DNA of 54,740 nucleotides, the filler included, from Catajapyx aquilonaris (lineage: Eukaryota), in assembly GCA_000934665.2 (NCBI GenBank). It is 3 parts of 3 records of this genome, joined end to end, with 100 filler letters (N's around TTAATTAATTAA, not from the genome) between each part and the next. Parts side by side here need not be neighbours in the genome. Positions count along the whole stretch, not along the records: positions 22,559 to 38,643 come from JYFJ02007317.1; 2 more parts are not named here. The stretch is one strand, 5' to 3'. Every line of letters starts with the position of its first letter. The first letter of the stretch is position 1. Of this stretch, positions 24,819 to 37,245 are shown one piece after another. A program made the translations under genes and the position numbers. The notes under the pieces were generated by a model. That model made no database searches. It was not told the origin of the DNA and was given only the letters and a program-made list of their open reading frames with translations.

Positions 24819-24841
24819 AATAATAATAAATGATAATAATA
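24724..24841. repeat. Compound microsatellite (TAA)n(TGA)n(TAA)n
   Basis: Directly visible. Confidence 0.95.
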
Positions 24842-25408
24842 AATCAGAGATATCGATGCATTTCAGGACAGTTTCTTTTTAATGGTACGCGTGTACTAGT
24901 AAATGACGACAGCAGTTCAATATATTCAATAAGTTCAATACAATTATTTTTCCAACAATACAAAAATAATTAAAAATGCTTCTTTCTTGCTTTAACATTA
25001 GCAAAGTCGTTGATAACTTCATCAATGTTCAGCGCCTTAGCCTGGGCTCCTTCAATGCTAAGTAATGCCAGTCCACGTAGTCTGTCCTCCTTCATAGTAT
25101 TGCGAAGGTACGTTTTTATTATTTTCAATTTAGAAAAAGATTGTTCTGCAGAAGCAGTAGTGACAGGGAGTGTGAGATATATATATAAAAAAAGCATTGC
25201 AGACTTCTGAGTAGTTTGGTACCAAATTTGAATATTCCAACAAAAGTAGGCTTGCCAAATCTTTTACAGACGCGCACTTCCCAATATCAAAACGAAATGT
25301 CTTTTGGAAAGATATTAGTTGCAAATGCAAGTTGTTTGAAAAGTCTGTGGGGTATGACTTTTGACGCCTTGTTGCAGCTACCTTGATGTCATCATCACTT
25401 GCCTCAGA

Positions 25409-25409
<1 letters not shown>

Positions 25410-25500
<91 letters not shown>
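25410..25500. repeat. (ATT)n microsatellite
   Basis: About 30 units, directly visible. Confidence 0.95.
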
Positions 25501-25501
<1 letters not shown>

Positions 25502-25612
25502 TACTTCACTCGTGTTTGGGCCCCCCTTTGCTTTGGGCCCCCCTGCCGCTGCATCCACTGCACCCCCCTAGTTCCGCCACTGATGTATGAATAGCCATTA
25601 ATTATTAGGTAC

Positions 25613-25725
25613 CTCTGAACTAGTTCCGCCTTGGTTCCAGATGATCTTGCTCCCCTCAGGAGCAAGTCTCGGCGAAGTTGCGCGGCAGTTAAGTCACTGT
25701 AGTCAGTACCCTTTTCCTGGGACAT
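25613..25725 (-). pseudogene. SAP-domain first exon remnant
   Basis: MSQEKGTDYSDLTAAQLRRDLLLRGARSSGTKAELVQR|gtacct fits the SAP pattern LxxxxLxxxLxxRGxxxSGxKxELxxR. Confidence 0.8.
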
Positions 25726-26217
25726 GACGAGTGTAGGCCAACTGGGCCTAGGTCAGCGGCAGTAAAAATAATCGGGCAGAGGAGGTCGTGCGCGGAGGGA
25801 GGTCAAGGAAAGTAATAAACGGCGAGGAAATACAAGGAAATGAAGGAATAACACACGGGCAGGAAAAAAACCAGCGCGCCCGGTTTGAAAACGATGGAAG
25901 ATGGTCGTAGATCGCGATACTATGAAGCTCCTTGTCGCGCCTATATCACATCGCGTCACAAAAGCGCTGCTACTTAGAGCTGTTTCATAAATACATGAAT
26001 AGTGGTTGAAGGTACAATGCACCATACCATAAATTATAACATGCACCATATAAGTGACTACCATGTATATTTGAGCGGAAATATAGCATATATTTGGGGG
26101 AAAATCTACATCGCGTTTTTACAAATCGCTGCTTTTTCAATAACGCTGTAAGCCCTCCCGAGTTCCCGTTAATTCACTAACGCCAACTAGCGGCGCAGTT
26201 TGCGGCTGGCCAACCCT

Positions 26218-26795
26218 CAAAAAAATCATGAATTAGTAATTTCCTTGACATGATTTTTTTAATCCACAAGATTTCGGGGGGGGGGNGATGAGAACGTGGG
26301 GAAGGCAGGAGGAGCACCAGCATAACTGATGGAAATTCAAAGTAAAAAGTAATCCGTGGTAAAAATGCCGCATCTGGTAAAGCAGCAGCAGACTTCGTGA
26401 TTTTTTTTTTTTGAGCATTTAGACTCAAAAAAGTGCCGTTTTCAGATTTATTCTGATGTTTGTTTGACAAGCTCTACCAGCATACCAAATTTCAGCATCC
26501 TAGGACCACTGGAAGTGCCGTATAATTTTGATGATCAGTGAGTCAGTGAGTGTCATATTTTGGCCGTTTTGGGAGTTTTTAGGATTTTGTAAGTCGGAAA
26601 TGAAAAGAGATATGAACATGGAAGTAAGGGGGCATTATTTTTAATCAATTTTCATCTACCCAAATAAAATTTTTGAAGCCACCCATGTTCACCAGTGCGA
26701 AGATTCGAGGGGGTCAAAATGACGTGAGTTGTGTCGGGTAAAAGTGGTCCGGCAGTGCGGCGAGAACTTGGCGGGGGCACTGCCGTGCCCCCTAA
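26218..26795 (+). mobile_element. Non-autonomous Helitron/Helentron (DINE-1-like) element, approximate 5' end
   Basis: GC-rich 3' stem-loop GGGGGCAC-TGCC-GTGCCCCC at about 26773-26792 and internal (GTGAGTCA)-like simple repeat. Classification is by architecture only. Confidence 0.4.
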
Positions 26796-27767
26796 TATAG
26801 GAGACATTCTAAACTTATGTAGGCTAATGTTTTCAAAGCACTTAATTACTGTAACCAAACTGTTCACGTATATTAGAGTGAGAAATTTGGTTCCCGATAA
26901 TTTTGGCACAACATTACTTATTTGAACACAACAAATAGTATGCGCCTTGCCACGTATGATATGTACGGATATGTAGCTCCATCTTTATTAACGACATTCC
27001 TGGACAAGATTACGACGAGTCAAAATAACGAATTAACACGTTTTCTCTAAACGTACAGAGCGTTAACGAATCTGGAGTAATTATTTCGGCAATTTGGAAT
27101 GGAATGTTTCACAGATTGGTGTACTCACCTATGGTGTCGCAATCGTACTTATGAATTTCCTTCAATAGAGTGCTGGACATTAATCTGTCGTACAGGTGGT
27201 GCCAGGAGCCATGGCGGCAAAAGAGTGAATATGCCTCTGCATGACCACCTTCACTTTATTTATGATGATGTGAATCGAAACTTGCCTCCTGGGAGCGAAG
27301 ACAAATAATATTATCTATTCGCTATTTGCTGCCAACGGCAACAGGCGCCACCAGTACGACACTGTATGTACAAGATGATGTTTGGCCTCACAAGAAGTTT
27401 GACGTTTCATTATCTAGCATAATTAAATGCCTTTCATCTGCATATCCTACTGTCACTTCACTTAAACTCCTGTAATTTGTTAATTTTCATCAGAGTTACG
27501 ATAAGAACTTTTTTTCAAATAGCCCTCAGGCCATGAAACATCCACAAATCACTCCAACTACCTTACTTAGACATTAAAATTAAAATGCTGAAAACTGGAT
27601 TGAATGTTCCAAGTGCTGTAAGGTTACAATGTGTGGAGTATATTCCTGCTGATACAAATGCTCGCCTCCGATGTGTAATATGGCGTACTAATTGTGCTTT
27701 TGAGCTATTTTATTAGCTTACGTAGATTTTAAATATTTACATTGCAAGCATCAGCTCTCAGGCTTAA

Positions 27768-28368
27768 AGGGACACTCCACTCAATATACAAGTTGACCCC
27801 CAAAAATCGGGCAAAAAATCCTGATTCCGAATGTGCAATCGGTTTCTTTTCTCCGCCCAACGGTAACACGGAAAATCATATATCTACACACGTCGTCTGC
27901 TAAGAAGGGCGATTCAACACCATCCCGCGGCAAACCGGGGATGTATAGCTTGGTCAATAAACAACTGCCGCGCCAGGCGCGCTAGGCAACACTAGCGCGC
28001 CAGCATCGAGCGCTTTCGAGCCGAACCTGATGTGAAGGATGGAGGACCACAGAAAGGTCACTTATGAGGTCGGGCCTGTTACTGCACCCGATGTTTCGGT
28101 GTCGTGAACAGTTGCATACGGTTCGAATACGTTCAGGTTTGAATTCGCGGGCAGAGCTGACCATTCTCCATTTCCCATTCCTGCCGACAGGCGACGAGGG
28201 TGTCGTGAACAGTAGTTTACGGTTGCAACCGTATCGCCAAAATACGCGTAATGAACCGGTTCCGTTGGGGTCATCGTTCATCGGAAAAATTCATTATTGG
28301 TGTCGTTGGAATCGTTATTTTTTGCTAGATATTTGGGGGCCAACTTGTACTTTGAGTGGAGTGTCCCT
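27768..28368. mobile_element. Kolobok-like MITE
   Basis: TTAA TSD on both sides; ~40-bp imperfect TIR AGGGACACTCCACTCAA / TTGAGTGGAGTGTCCCT. Confidence 0.85.
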
Positions 28369-28736
28369 TTAATCTCCCAGCCTGAAAATGGGTGAGGTGG
28401 GGTGGGGGTATGCTGTACTAACTACGAGCCAAACACCATCGCAGAATTTCAGTGATGATGAGCCCCCTGCAATCACCAGAGCAATGTTACATTTTATCCA
28501 CCTCGAGGCTCCCTGTCTAATCACAATACCGTGGGTCGGATAAAACCTTCACATTCAATGTTGGGAAACAAGCTCCAGCAATATTTGCGCAATTCTGTGC
28601 ATTTTGCCTCTACTCTCTGAGAAACTTTGTCTCTACTCTCTCAGCCATTTTGCCTCTACTGGCTCTTCCTCTGGGTGGATGAGAGAGTAGAAGCCTCTGT
28701 CTATACTATTCTCCAATTGATATATCAAAATATAAA

Positions 28737-29225
28737 GGGTCTGGTACGCCACGTGATGGTTACAATAATATATGACTGCAAATGTCAATCATTGTTTTGT
28801 GAATGCCGTGCTTGTTGCCGTGGCATCGTCACATATTATGAACCTGTCCATCATGAAAGTCCATGACTAGGATCATAGAGCATGAGCCACGAGCAAAATG
28901 TCACAGCTCGGAGCATGCGACGGAGGAAATATTTGGAAAACTGATGTGTAATGAAATTGGCACAAACTTTTCCATAAATGAGCAAACTCTCATTAAGATT
29001 ATTATGAAAATTGATACGTCATATACTTTCCGTGCCATCTGACCTTTATGATCTATTTATGAAATCGTAGTGCGATAGAATCAAGGTCAGATCTTTCAAT
29101 CGTGACAAGCTCTGAGGTGTGACATTCTGCTCCAGTGCATTTCTGCTGGTTGTAATCATGGGCATTTCTCGACATTTCTAGATTGACCGTCTTATGTGTA
29201 TGAGACGATGCTATGGCAACGGTGG
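28737..29225. repeat. Dispersed foldback-type repeat, with copies at about 30140-30400 (inverted) and 34555-34830
   Basis: Shared core GAATCAAGGTCAGATCTTTC...GTGACAAGCTC.GAGGTGTGACATT.TG.TCCAG in three places. Terminus GGGTCTGGTAC recurs inverted near 36180-36208. Confidence 0.7.
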
Positions 29226-29247
29226 TACAATCGAATAATCGAAAATA

Positions 29248-31794
29248 TTAAGGGTGGTAGCAAGTAAGACCGTAGCATAGCATTTCAACAATGAGTTTTT
29301 CCTACTTGTTCTTGTTACGTTTTTTTATTCGCCCTAACTCAAGTTCTGCTGTAGATAGAGCTTCCATTTTCAACACTGATCCCCCACGGGGTCATTCTGA
29401 TCAGCTGAGCATAGGTAATCCGTGTAATCCGGGCAATCCGGGGTTAATAAGGGCATACCGCGGATTACACTGATCTGAATTATTTGACCTTTTTCTGTTG
29501 TTTTGAAATAAACAGATGTATCAGAACGGATTTTTTCTGCTGATTACGAAAATGGCATTGAAAAATCCGTACCACGTCTAGTTTTCGAGTTACTGGGTGT
29601 GTCATAAATTCACGTGGGTATGTCCACATGTCCAGCGCGTGACTAGGATGGAGTTGACCTACAGCAACGTCCTTACACCATATTGTTGTGACACTCATCC
29701 TTGTGTCCATCAACAAGTTTCATTCCGATTGCATCATTCCACTCGGAGTTATGCACCTCAGAAGGGTGTCGGAGGTGCATATAGGATTATAGGTGAACTT
29801 GCGGACATCAAATAAAATCATAATTATGTTATATGAATCAAGGTAACATTAATATTGTGATATTGAACAAGAAGTAGGTGGCGATGCTCTATCATACCCC
29901 ATCATCAAATAAAGTGCACGACAATTCAAGATGTATCAGGAGCGTCAGGAAGAGACCAACGCTCCATATGCAACCAAAGCCAAACCAAAGCCAATTTATC
30001 GGGAAAGCGCGCAGTATACAACACTATACACATTTTGTGCATGGGTGGCGGTCTCTTCAAAACCTTTGGACCCTCTGAAGATTTTGAAATAAATTCATGC
30101 TGTTCAAAAACGAGAACGTCCTTTTATCATGCTATAGTTCGATGAAATTCCCGAGTTACAACCAGCAGAATGTCCTGGAGCAAAACGTCACACCTCGGAG
30201 CTTGTCACGATTGAAAGATCTGACTTTGATTCGCTCGCACTACGATGTCATAAATAAAGAATAAGGTCAGATGTCACGGGCAGTTTATCAATTTTCAGAA
30301 GAATTTAATGAAAATGTCTTCCAAACAATTCGCTTCAGAGTTTGCCAATTTATGCAAAAGCTTATGCCAATTTCCCCAAATTCATTACACATCAGTTTTT
30401 TACATCCTAGATATTAGCAAATAATTCTTTGTTCGAAAATAAATGTTTACTAGTAATTTTCAGACATGATCACAGAGATAGTCGTAAAAAACGAAATGCG
30501 AGTGCTACCAGCCAACGGTTACTCATATTTAATTATGAATAGCATATGCGTTAAAATATACGGAATATATACATTGAGAACTGTAGCAGACGAATTTGCT
30601 GAATTTGTGGTACTTTGCAAGAATTCAATCAATACTTATCTGCCGCTGGCCTCCGTCACACCTGAAAACCCCCAAACTTATTTTAATTTTCGCGAAATGT
30701 GACGATTTCAGCAAATTCGTCTGGCACGTTTGTCAAGGTAAATATTCCGCATACACTGTATCATAATTTCATAATAGAGCTATATTAAATCAGCTTAAGA
30801 GTTGGCCAGTAATACCTGGTGATATCAATGGCAATGGCGATATAGCAGGTAGCGAAGCGGTTAATAGTAAAGTTGAATGCAGATAAAACAAGCTTCAAGA
30901 GACCGCGGAAGAAGTCTGTTATAACCGAGGTCGGTTATAGCCAAATCGTCACGCAATGAAAACAGAGATTTCTGCTTTCAATATGGCTACAATATGCACT
31001 TCTAGCCTACATACCGATTAATGAAATCTGTCAAAAATGTAATATTAGCTCACCCGAAAATAATGAAGGACCAAATTATTCAAAATTTTCTTCAGCCGTC
31101 TCCTTGGTGCAAAGTACCTGGAAAACTATATTTTCCCACCGAGGACCGAGAAATGGTGTGTTATACCCGAGGTGAGGTGAAAATGACTCTGTTATGTCGG
31201 GAGTCAAATACACAGGGTCTTATGGAAGAATGCCGTGACCGGCCTTTATAACCAAAAGACTGTTATAGCCGAGGCTGTTAAATCCGGATTCAACTGTAGT
31301 AAGTATACAATCCGTTCACCCCATAGCAGCGAGTTAACATTAAGCTAACACGAGGTGTAAATAGGAATTGACATTGGTAGGTGATGGAGTCATGAACAAA
31401 TGAAGTATTTGACGGAAAAAAATCATAACTTAAATCCTGCAGCAGGTGAAACTGTGAGGTTTTGAACATATATCCGCACCATCCTACTGGGCATTCGGCC
31501 CTTTGATGAAGAAACCTAATTCCATATAGACATTGAGCAAAAATATTGAAACTTCTTTTTTATGGGTTTTTAATTTTTTGCGGCGTTTTGAAGAGGAATT
31601 GAGCTTAGCGGCAAATGGTAGGAATGCACTTAACGACAGTGGGGATCTGTGATCAAAATTTGGAAGCTCTACCTACAGCAGAACTTGAGTTAGGGCGAAC
31701 AATAAAAAAGGTAACAACAACAAGACTAAGATGTTGAAAAAATTCTTTGTTGAAAATTGTTGTACGGTCTTACTTACGGGCTACCGCCCCTAAA
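29248..31794. repeat. Inverted repeat pair of ~140 bp (29248-29390 and 31640-31794)
   Basis: TTCGCCCTAACTCAAGTTCTGCTGTAG pairs with CTACAGCAGAACTTGAGTTAGGGCGAA; AAGTAAGACCGTA pairs with TACGGTCTTACTT. Confidence 0.7.
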
Positions 31795-32203
31795 ATGATA
31801 TTTTCTGAAGCCCAATTTTAATATAAATTTAGGTCCAAACTTGGAACATCTTATTATATGTTGGGTTTCGTTTTATTGCATTCAAACTACATTAATACAC
31901 AACACTATAAGCAAGGAGATTATCCCTGTTGTACCCTTTTATAGTTTGTGCAATACATGACTGTGCAACCATATATATTACAGTACTATTAAAATTGAGA
32001 AGTGACTTAAAATTGCAATAATTTATACATTCCAAACGATAATTTGATCAATTCCAAGTTGGGAGGTAATCCGTTTATTACGGCGAGGCAGGATGTACCA
32101 CTACAAAATTGAGTATCAACACGAAGTTTCACATACACCAGCGGTTCCAAGCGGTTCCCAGTATAATAATATCGCAAGTCGTATGGAAAAAGAAGTGATA
32201 CAG

Positions 32204-34087
32204 CTAGTGGAAAATTATTTCTTTAAAAAAGACTGCAATCGCGAGACACAACCCAATCAACAAAATATAAAAAAGACTCTGTAACTTCCGTAGTGAAAAC
32301 ACCACCCTTCCTTCGTCACTTTCTGCAATTTGGTCCCTTCTTCTGGCTTTGGCAGCATCCAGCAATCTCTTGTGTTCCAGAAGTCTCTCTCTTTTCTCGT
32401 TCAATCCAATGCTGTAGAAGATGTGCGACCAGTAGTTCCAGTTCTCAGAATAAACCATTCCTTTTGGAAGGATATATGTCAGATACAAAATGGCTGCGTA
32501 GTCGTGGGAAATGAAAGCGTTGTCCTGGCCATACACATCCCAGCGATTCTTTGTAAACTGCAACCACTTGCTGCCCAGAAAACAGACCTTGTCTTCAGTG
32601 ACTACCTTCTGGCCACACTCATACCAATTTGTAACAGTTTCTATTCTGTTAAATATAAGTTTGAAAGGGTCATTCTCATCCAGATCAATACTATCCTGTA
32701 ATAAGTCGTAAAAGTACTTTGACATTGTTATGTGGAAATGAGAAAGTTGCAATTTCTCGAAAGTGTCAGGGACATCCTCCCTCGGGGGGAAAGTCAGAAG
32801 ATTGTACAGTTTGGAAAGGTAGGCAGTGGTAATGACGATGGAAAAATAAACCCAGAATATTGCAAAAGCCTTCAATGCGTCTCGTTCAGGAAATGGTGTG
32901 CCCTGTTGTAAAGTTACTTTCACGAGGTACTGCATATACGAAATAAATTATGCAATGTAACCGGCCTTATTCTGGAATAGCTCTTGATAATGTGAATAAG
33001 AAAGCAAGACTAAAGTGATACATGAAACGAACAATAAAAAAGCAATGAAACACCACGTGCCGAGTGAGAAGGGCAAGCGAACTATAAATATAGTCCTCTT
33101 CTCGAGTGGAGTTCGAACAAGGAATGTCAATTTGGTATTCGAATATGGGGCTATTACGTCACCCATTGCATATATGAACTCAACTACTGGAAATTCTGAA
33201 AAGAAATTTAATCTCCCTTGTAGAATATCATCAACAAGTTCACCCATTGCAGAAAAGTTGCTTAACAATGAAGATAAATTGACCCTAGAGAAGTTCCAAG
33301 TGAAGTTTAGTGCAGTGCCCAAGAAACACATCTGAAAGTTCAAAGACGTTGCATTGCACTCCAAATGACTTTCCTCTACATAGGTTATGGATTTCAGAGA
33401 TTTCCCGTTTAAGTTGTTTGTTGTGTCCTTAAATATTTGTCCTTCGACAGGTTCATCGTACAGTACCATGATGGACTCTACAGTTGGGTTCCCTTCGTTG
33501 CAGAAGTAGCACACGGAATGGGCCAGCAGTGATTTGTTTTGAAACGAATTGATCATCACCTTGTATTTGATTTTCGACAGTGGCTTCCCCAGAAGAACGT
33601 TGATGTCCAGGTCCTCCCTCATCCACAACACAAATTTGTCCGTCGTACTTTTCACCACCATGATGGCCTCTTGTTCGTCCATGATGTCCTCCACAAAATC
33701 TTCATAATTGGACGAACATGCCACTACCAGATGCACTGCACACTTGGCCATCTTCTCCTTTGGTTCCAGTTCTAAACCAGTTCGTGAAGTTGTCTCCACA
33801 GTATCGCAGGTCCAAGTGCTGCTGGCCGAGCTCGACTTGGAGACAAGCACAGGTCGTCCAAGAAGAGACATGTTTGTCAACAGAGTCGTGACATGTTCTG
33901 GCATCGACCCTGCAACATCATGATGGACAACCAGAGGACACTCCACTAGCTCATCCTTCTTCAGAAGGTTCCACATGAACTGCACTTGCTCCGTTCCTTC
34001 CTCAGAGTCTTTCGTATGAATGTGTATGCGACATGATACCAGTGCAAATAAAGCGGCACACATGCAGCAAGTGATAGTGATCTGCAT
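32204..34087 (-). CDS. Intronless divergent ionotropic receptor (IR, variant iGluR) with one in-frame TAA at 32950-32948; pseudogene, null allele or readthrough candidate
   Basis: ORFs 34087-32948 and 32935-32204 are in the same frame (627 codons in total). Signal peptide, M1 PFSLGTWCFIAFLL, pore TLQQG, M3 FWVYFSIVITTAYLSKL, S2 PDTFEKL, M4 LQSLFYILLIGLCLAIAVFFKE. Confidence 0.88.
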
Positions 34088-35600
34088 TTTTGTCGTCTCT
34101 TGAATCTTGATGCATGTAATAGGTGCGCGAAGGTACGCTTTAAAGTCATGTGGCTACGTTCACTTAAGAATGAAGTTGCACTGGTCCTACTTCGGAGATT
34201 GAGAAATGACGATCTACCCCTGCCAGAAACCCTGCACCACAATGTCCCTCTGGATATACTGTATGATATTGCATTTCCATTGCTTCCTCTATCGCTCGAT
34301 ACCACCATTGGTTTAGCCTTCACACGTGTTTGTTTGTATTGCTATCTCATTACATATAAATACATCTGACTCTTTCATCTTGGTGAAGTTACATAATACA
34401 CGGAAATAATATGTGCCAAGAAGTGTTATGCGTGTTTTGAAGGCAATTGCAATAATCTTCATGTCGTTGAGAAAATCCTGTAGATCAGTGAGGAAATTAC
34501 TCATAAACATTATTTTGTTTTTGAACAATGCATTATTTACAAAAATCTCTGATAAATAACAGATGTGTACTGAAATTGGCATAATCTTTTGCATAAATTG
34601 ACAAACTCTGAAGCGAATTTTTTGGAAGCAATCTTCATTAGATTCTCATGATAATAGATAGGTTATAACATGCCCGTGCCATCGGACCTTTATGTTTTAT
34701 AAATGACATCGTGTTGTGATCGAATCAAGGTCAGATCTTTCTATAGTGACAAGCTCCGAGGTGTGACATTTTGATCCAGTGCATTTCAGCTTGCTGTAAT
34801 CTTGGGCATTTCATGTCATTTCTGGATTCACTTTTGGGACACTTACCAAGAAAAGGTCAGAGAAGGAAGCTCCGAAGAGTCAATCACAAACACTCTTCAT
34901 TGGAGACAATCTTTCATGCATAGATTATAATGGTTGCATGTTCAAATGTTATATAAATGGGAATAAAGGTGGTGTATTTGGAGTTTATATTTGAAAAACG
35001 ATATTACGGTCACGCCCTTGAAAATTTGACAGCGTTTACTAAAGTTTTAATTTGCTAAATGGCTAAATGCTAAATGCCAGATCAACTGGTGCCATTGTGC
35101 TCTCACATCTCATATGTATATTTCAAAAATTTTAACATGAGCAGCTACTTATGAGATAACACCAAATTATTTATTTCAATTTTTGAAGTCCAAAATTGGG
35201 TTCAGGAGCACATTCCTAAACTGACAATCTGTGAACAGATTGTGCTAATTTTGGTGTCAAATTACTGCGTTTTCTTATCTCTTTACAAGTAAGGTATAAA
35301 AGTGGTGCTAACTGCTGCAGATAATATTATATTACCAGTGACACTGCAAAGTGAATTTTAGTAACATTCTACTTCGGTCAGTCGGTTCGACAAGCCATAG
35401 CTTGCAAACCATAACAAACACATGTATGATTTTTTTTTGTAAAATGAGCTAACCATGTGCTTGTTATACGTACTATTAAAATAAGGAGGGCGCTTTTTGT
35501 GATTATCAAATTAAAAAGCATTTGTTGACCAGTCCTAAAAGATGCGGGCTGGGGGACCTAATTAAATTTTGGAAACGTGTCCTCCATGTTGGAAATTTTC

Positions 35601-35770
35601 AAATATGGCTTTAATATGAGTACGGTAGGCCATAAAATGACAGTGCCTTCGCTTTAATTTAAAATATAAAATAAAGCGAAGGCAGTGTCATTTTATGGCC
35701 TACCGTACTCATATAAAAGCCATATTTTGATTAAAATGAGCATTTAATGCTCATTTTCATCAAAATATGC
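35601..35770. repeat. Two overlapping palindromes (35601-35727 and about 35721-35769)
   Basis: ATATGAGTACGGTAGGCCATAAAATGACA pairs with TGTCATTTTATGGCCTACCGTACTCATAT; CATATTTTGAT.AAAATGAGCATT pairs with AATGCTCATTTT.ATCAAAATATG. Confidence 0.9.
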
Positions 35771-36246
35771 TAGATGTGAGTTTTTTAAAGGTGACTGTCG
35801 CATTAGACAAAGTGAATGTATGCATTACATAACTGTGCATTATTCCAAAAGGATGAGTTTAAAATTTCATATTGGTTTTCAGTACGGTTCCGAAATTATA
35901 CTAATATAATTGAAATTGTAATGGTCATACGAGACGGCTAGGCAGAAACTAGTCTAAAATACCGTATAATTATATTAATAACTGGATACATTTTGACACT
36001 CACTGCCTGATCTGAAACCACCATGCTACTTAACAAGGAATTAGCCAGCATGTTAAAGGGCATACACATCAGTAATTGCCAGACTTGAGGAATAAATTGA
36101 TCTTATATACAGTATTTGTGTGATAAAACTAGCAGGTCAGGACATAATAGAATAATCGACATTTGCGTCATTTATTACTGTAACCATGACGTGATGGTAC
36201 CAGACCCGGAATATTTTGTGAATGGTTTTTAATACAATATTAATAT

Positions 36247-36784
36247 TTGGTACATCGTATTTCTTTGGGTTTCGTTTTATTGTATTCAAACTACTGTACA
36301 TTAATACAGAACACTATAATCAAGGAGATGATCCCTCTTGTACCCTTTTACCAGCTTTGTGCAATATACATGACTGTAACCTTATAATTACATTACAGTA
36401 TGATAAAAATTGAAATGTGACGTAAAATTGCAATAATTTAGAGATACCAAACGATAATTTAACCAATTACAATTGGGGAGGAAATCCGATCGTTACAGCG
36501 GGATGTACTACGACAAAATTGAGTATTAATCGGTATTGATACGGTTTTTCACATACATGCGTGTTCCAAGCGGTTCCCAATATAATACTATCGCAAATGG
36601 CATGGAAAAAGCAGTGATACTACATACTTGTCTAGTGGAAAATAATCTCTTTAAAAACAAACTGCAATCGCAAGAGACAACCCAATGAATAAAATATAAA
36701 AAAGACTCTGTAACCACTGTAGTGAAAATACCACCCATCCTTCGTCACTTTCTGCAATTTTTGGCTTTGGCAGCATCCAGCAAT
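36247..36784 (-). pseudogene. Decayed duplicate of the IR 3' end (coding remnant 36632-36784) and downstream flank
   Basis: Colinear with 31841-32366. Encodes IAESDEGWVVFSLQWLQSLFYILFIGLSLAIAV with indels, and is truncated at 36785. Confidence 0.9.
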
Positions 36785-37245
36785 GCCCTGTCAGGGAGCA
36801 TATTGTAGGGACGATAGTCCCTATTAGTAAGATCCTCGTGCAAAAACAACAATGAAAATTTTCCTTGTTGGGAGGACGTTTTTCTGCCAAGCATATCTCA
36901 AAAACCGTTGCAAGTACAGCCTTCATATTTTGAACACGTATCCGGCCCGACGTGCTGCAGTGCCCGATCCCCAACACAAAAAACCCAAGGACTAATAGAA
37001 CCCCGAAATAAAATTATAAACGAATAATTCATTATGAGCAGCAATGCGTGCAACTGGAATCCATGTGTGACAACAGTCACACATTATTTAGAATATTATT
37101 TTGTGTAAATATCATCTCTACACTTTATGCGGAATTACGTACGCTAACTGCTTAAATAAATATATGCTTCAACTTATTTTCATTACATTATTATTAAATA
37201 AACAATTCATTCATTCAGTTTCCACGGTATCCTCCTTAGGTCAAC

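Larger units (their letters stand above)
24662..25582 (-). mobile_element. hAT (Tip100-like) deletion derivative retaining the hATC dimerisation region
   Basis: TIR CAGTGGCGGAACT / AGTTCCGCCACTG with 8-bp TSD ATGTATAA / ATGTATGA. Minus strand 24970-25197 encodes LTLPVTTASAEQSFSKLKIIKTYLRNTM..RL..LALLSIE. Confidence 0.92.
24187..26217. mobile_element. Internally deleted two-gene TIR DNA transposon, ISL2EU/PIF-Harbinger-group-like
   Basis: TIR AGGGTTGGCCAGC (24187) / GCTGGCCAACCCT (to 26217), with further imperfect match TGAA.TAACGGG. Encloses convergent THAP (+) and SAP (-) 5' exons. No clean TSD. Confidence 0.65.

Noticed and set aside
24634..25590. Poly-Met/Asp/Ile/Leu ORFs
   Set aside because: Translations of (TAA)n, (TGA)n and (ATT)n microsatellites inside the hAT element.
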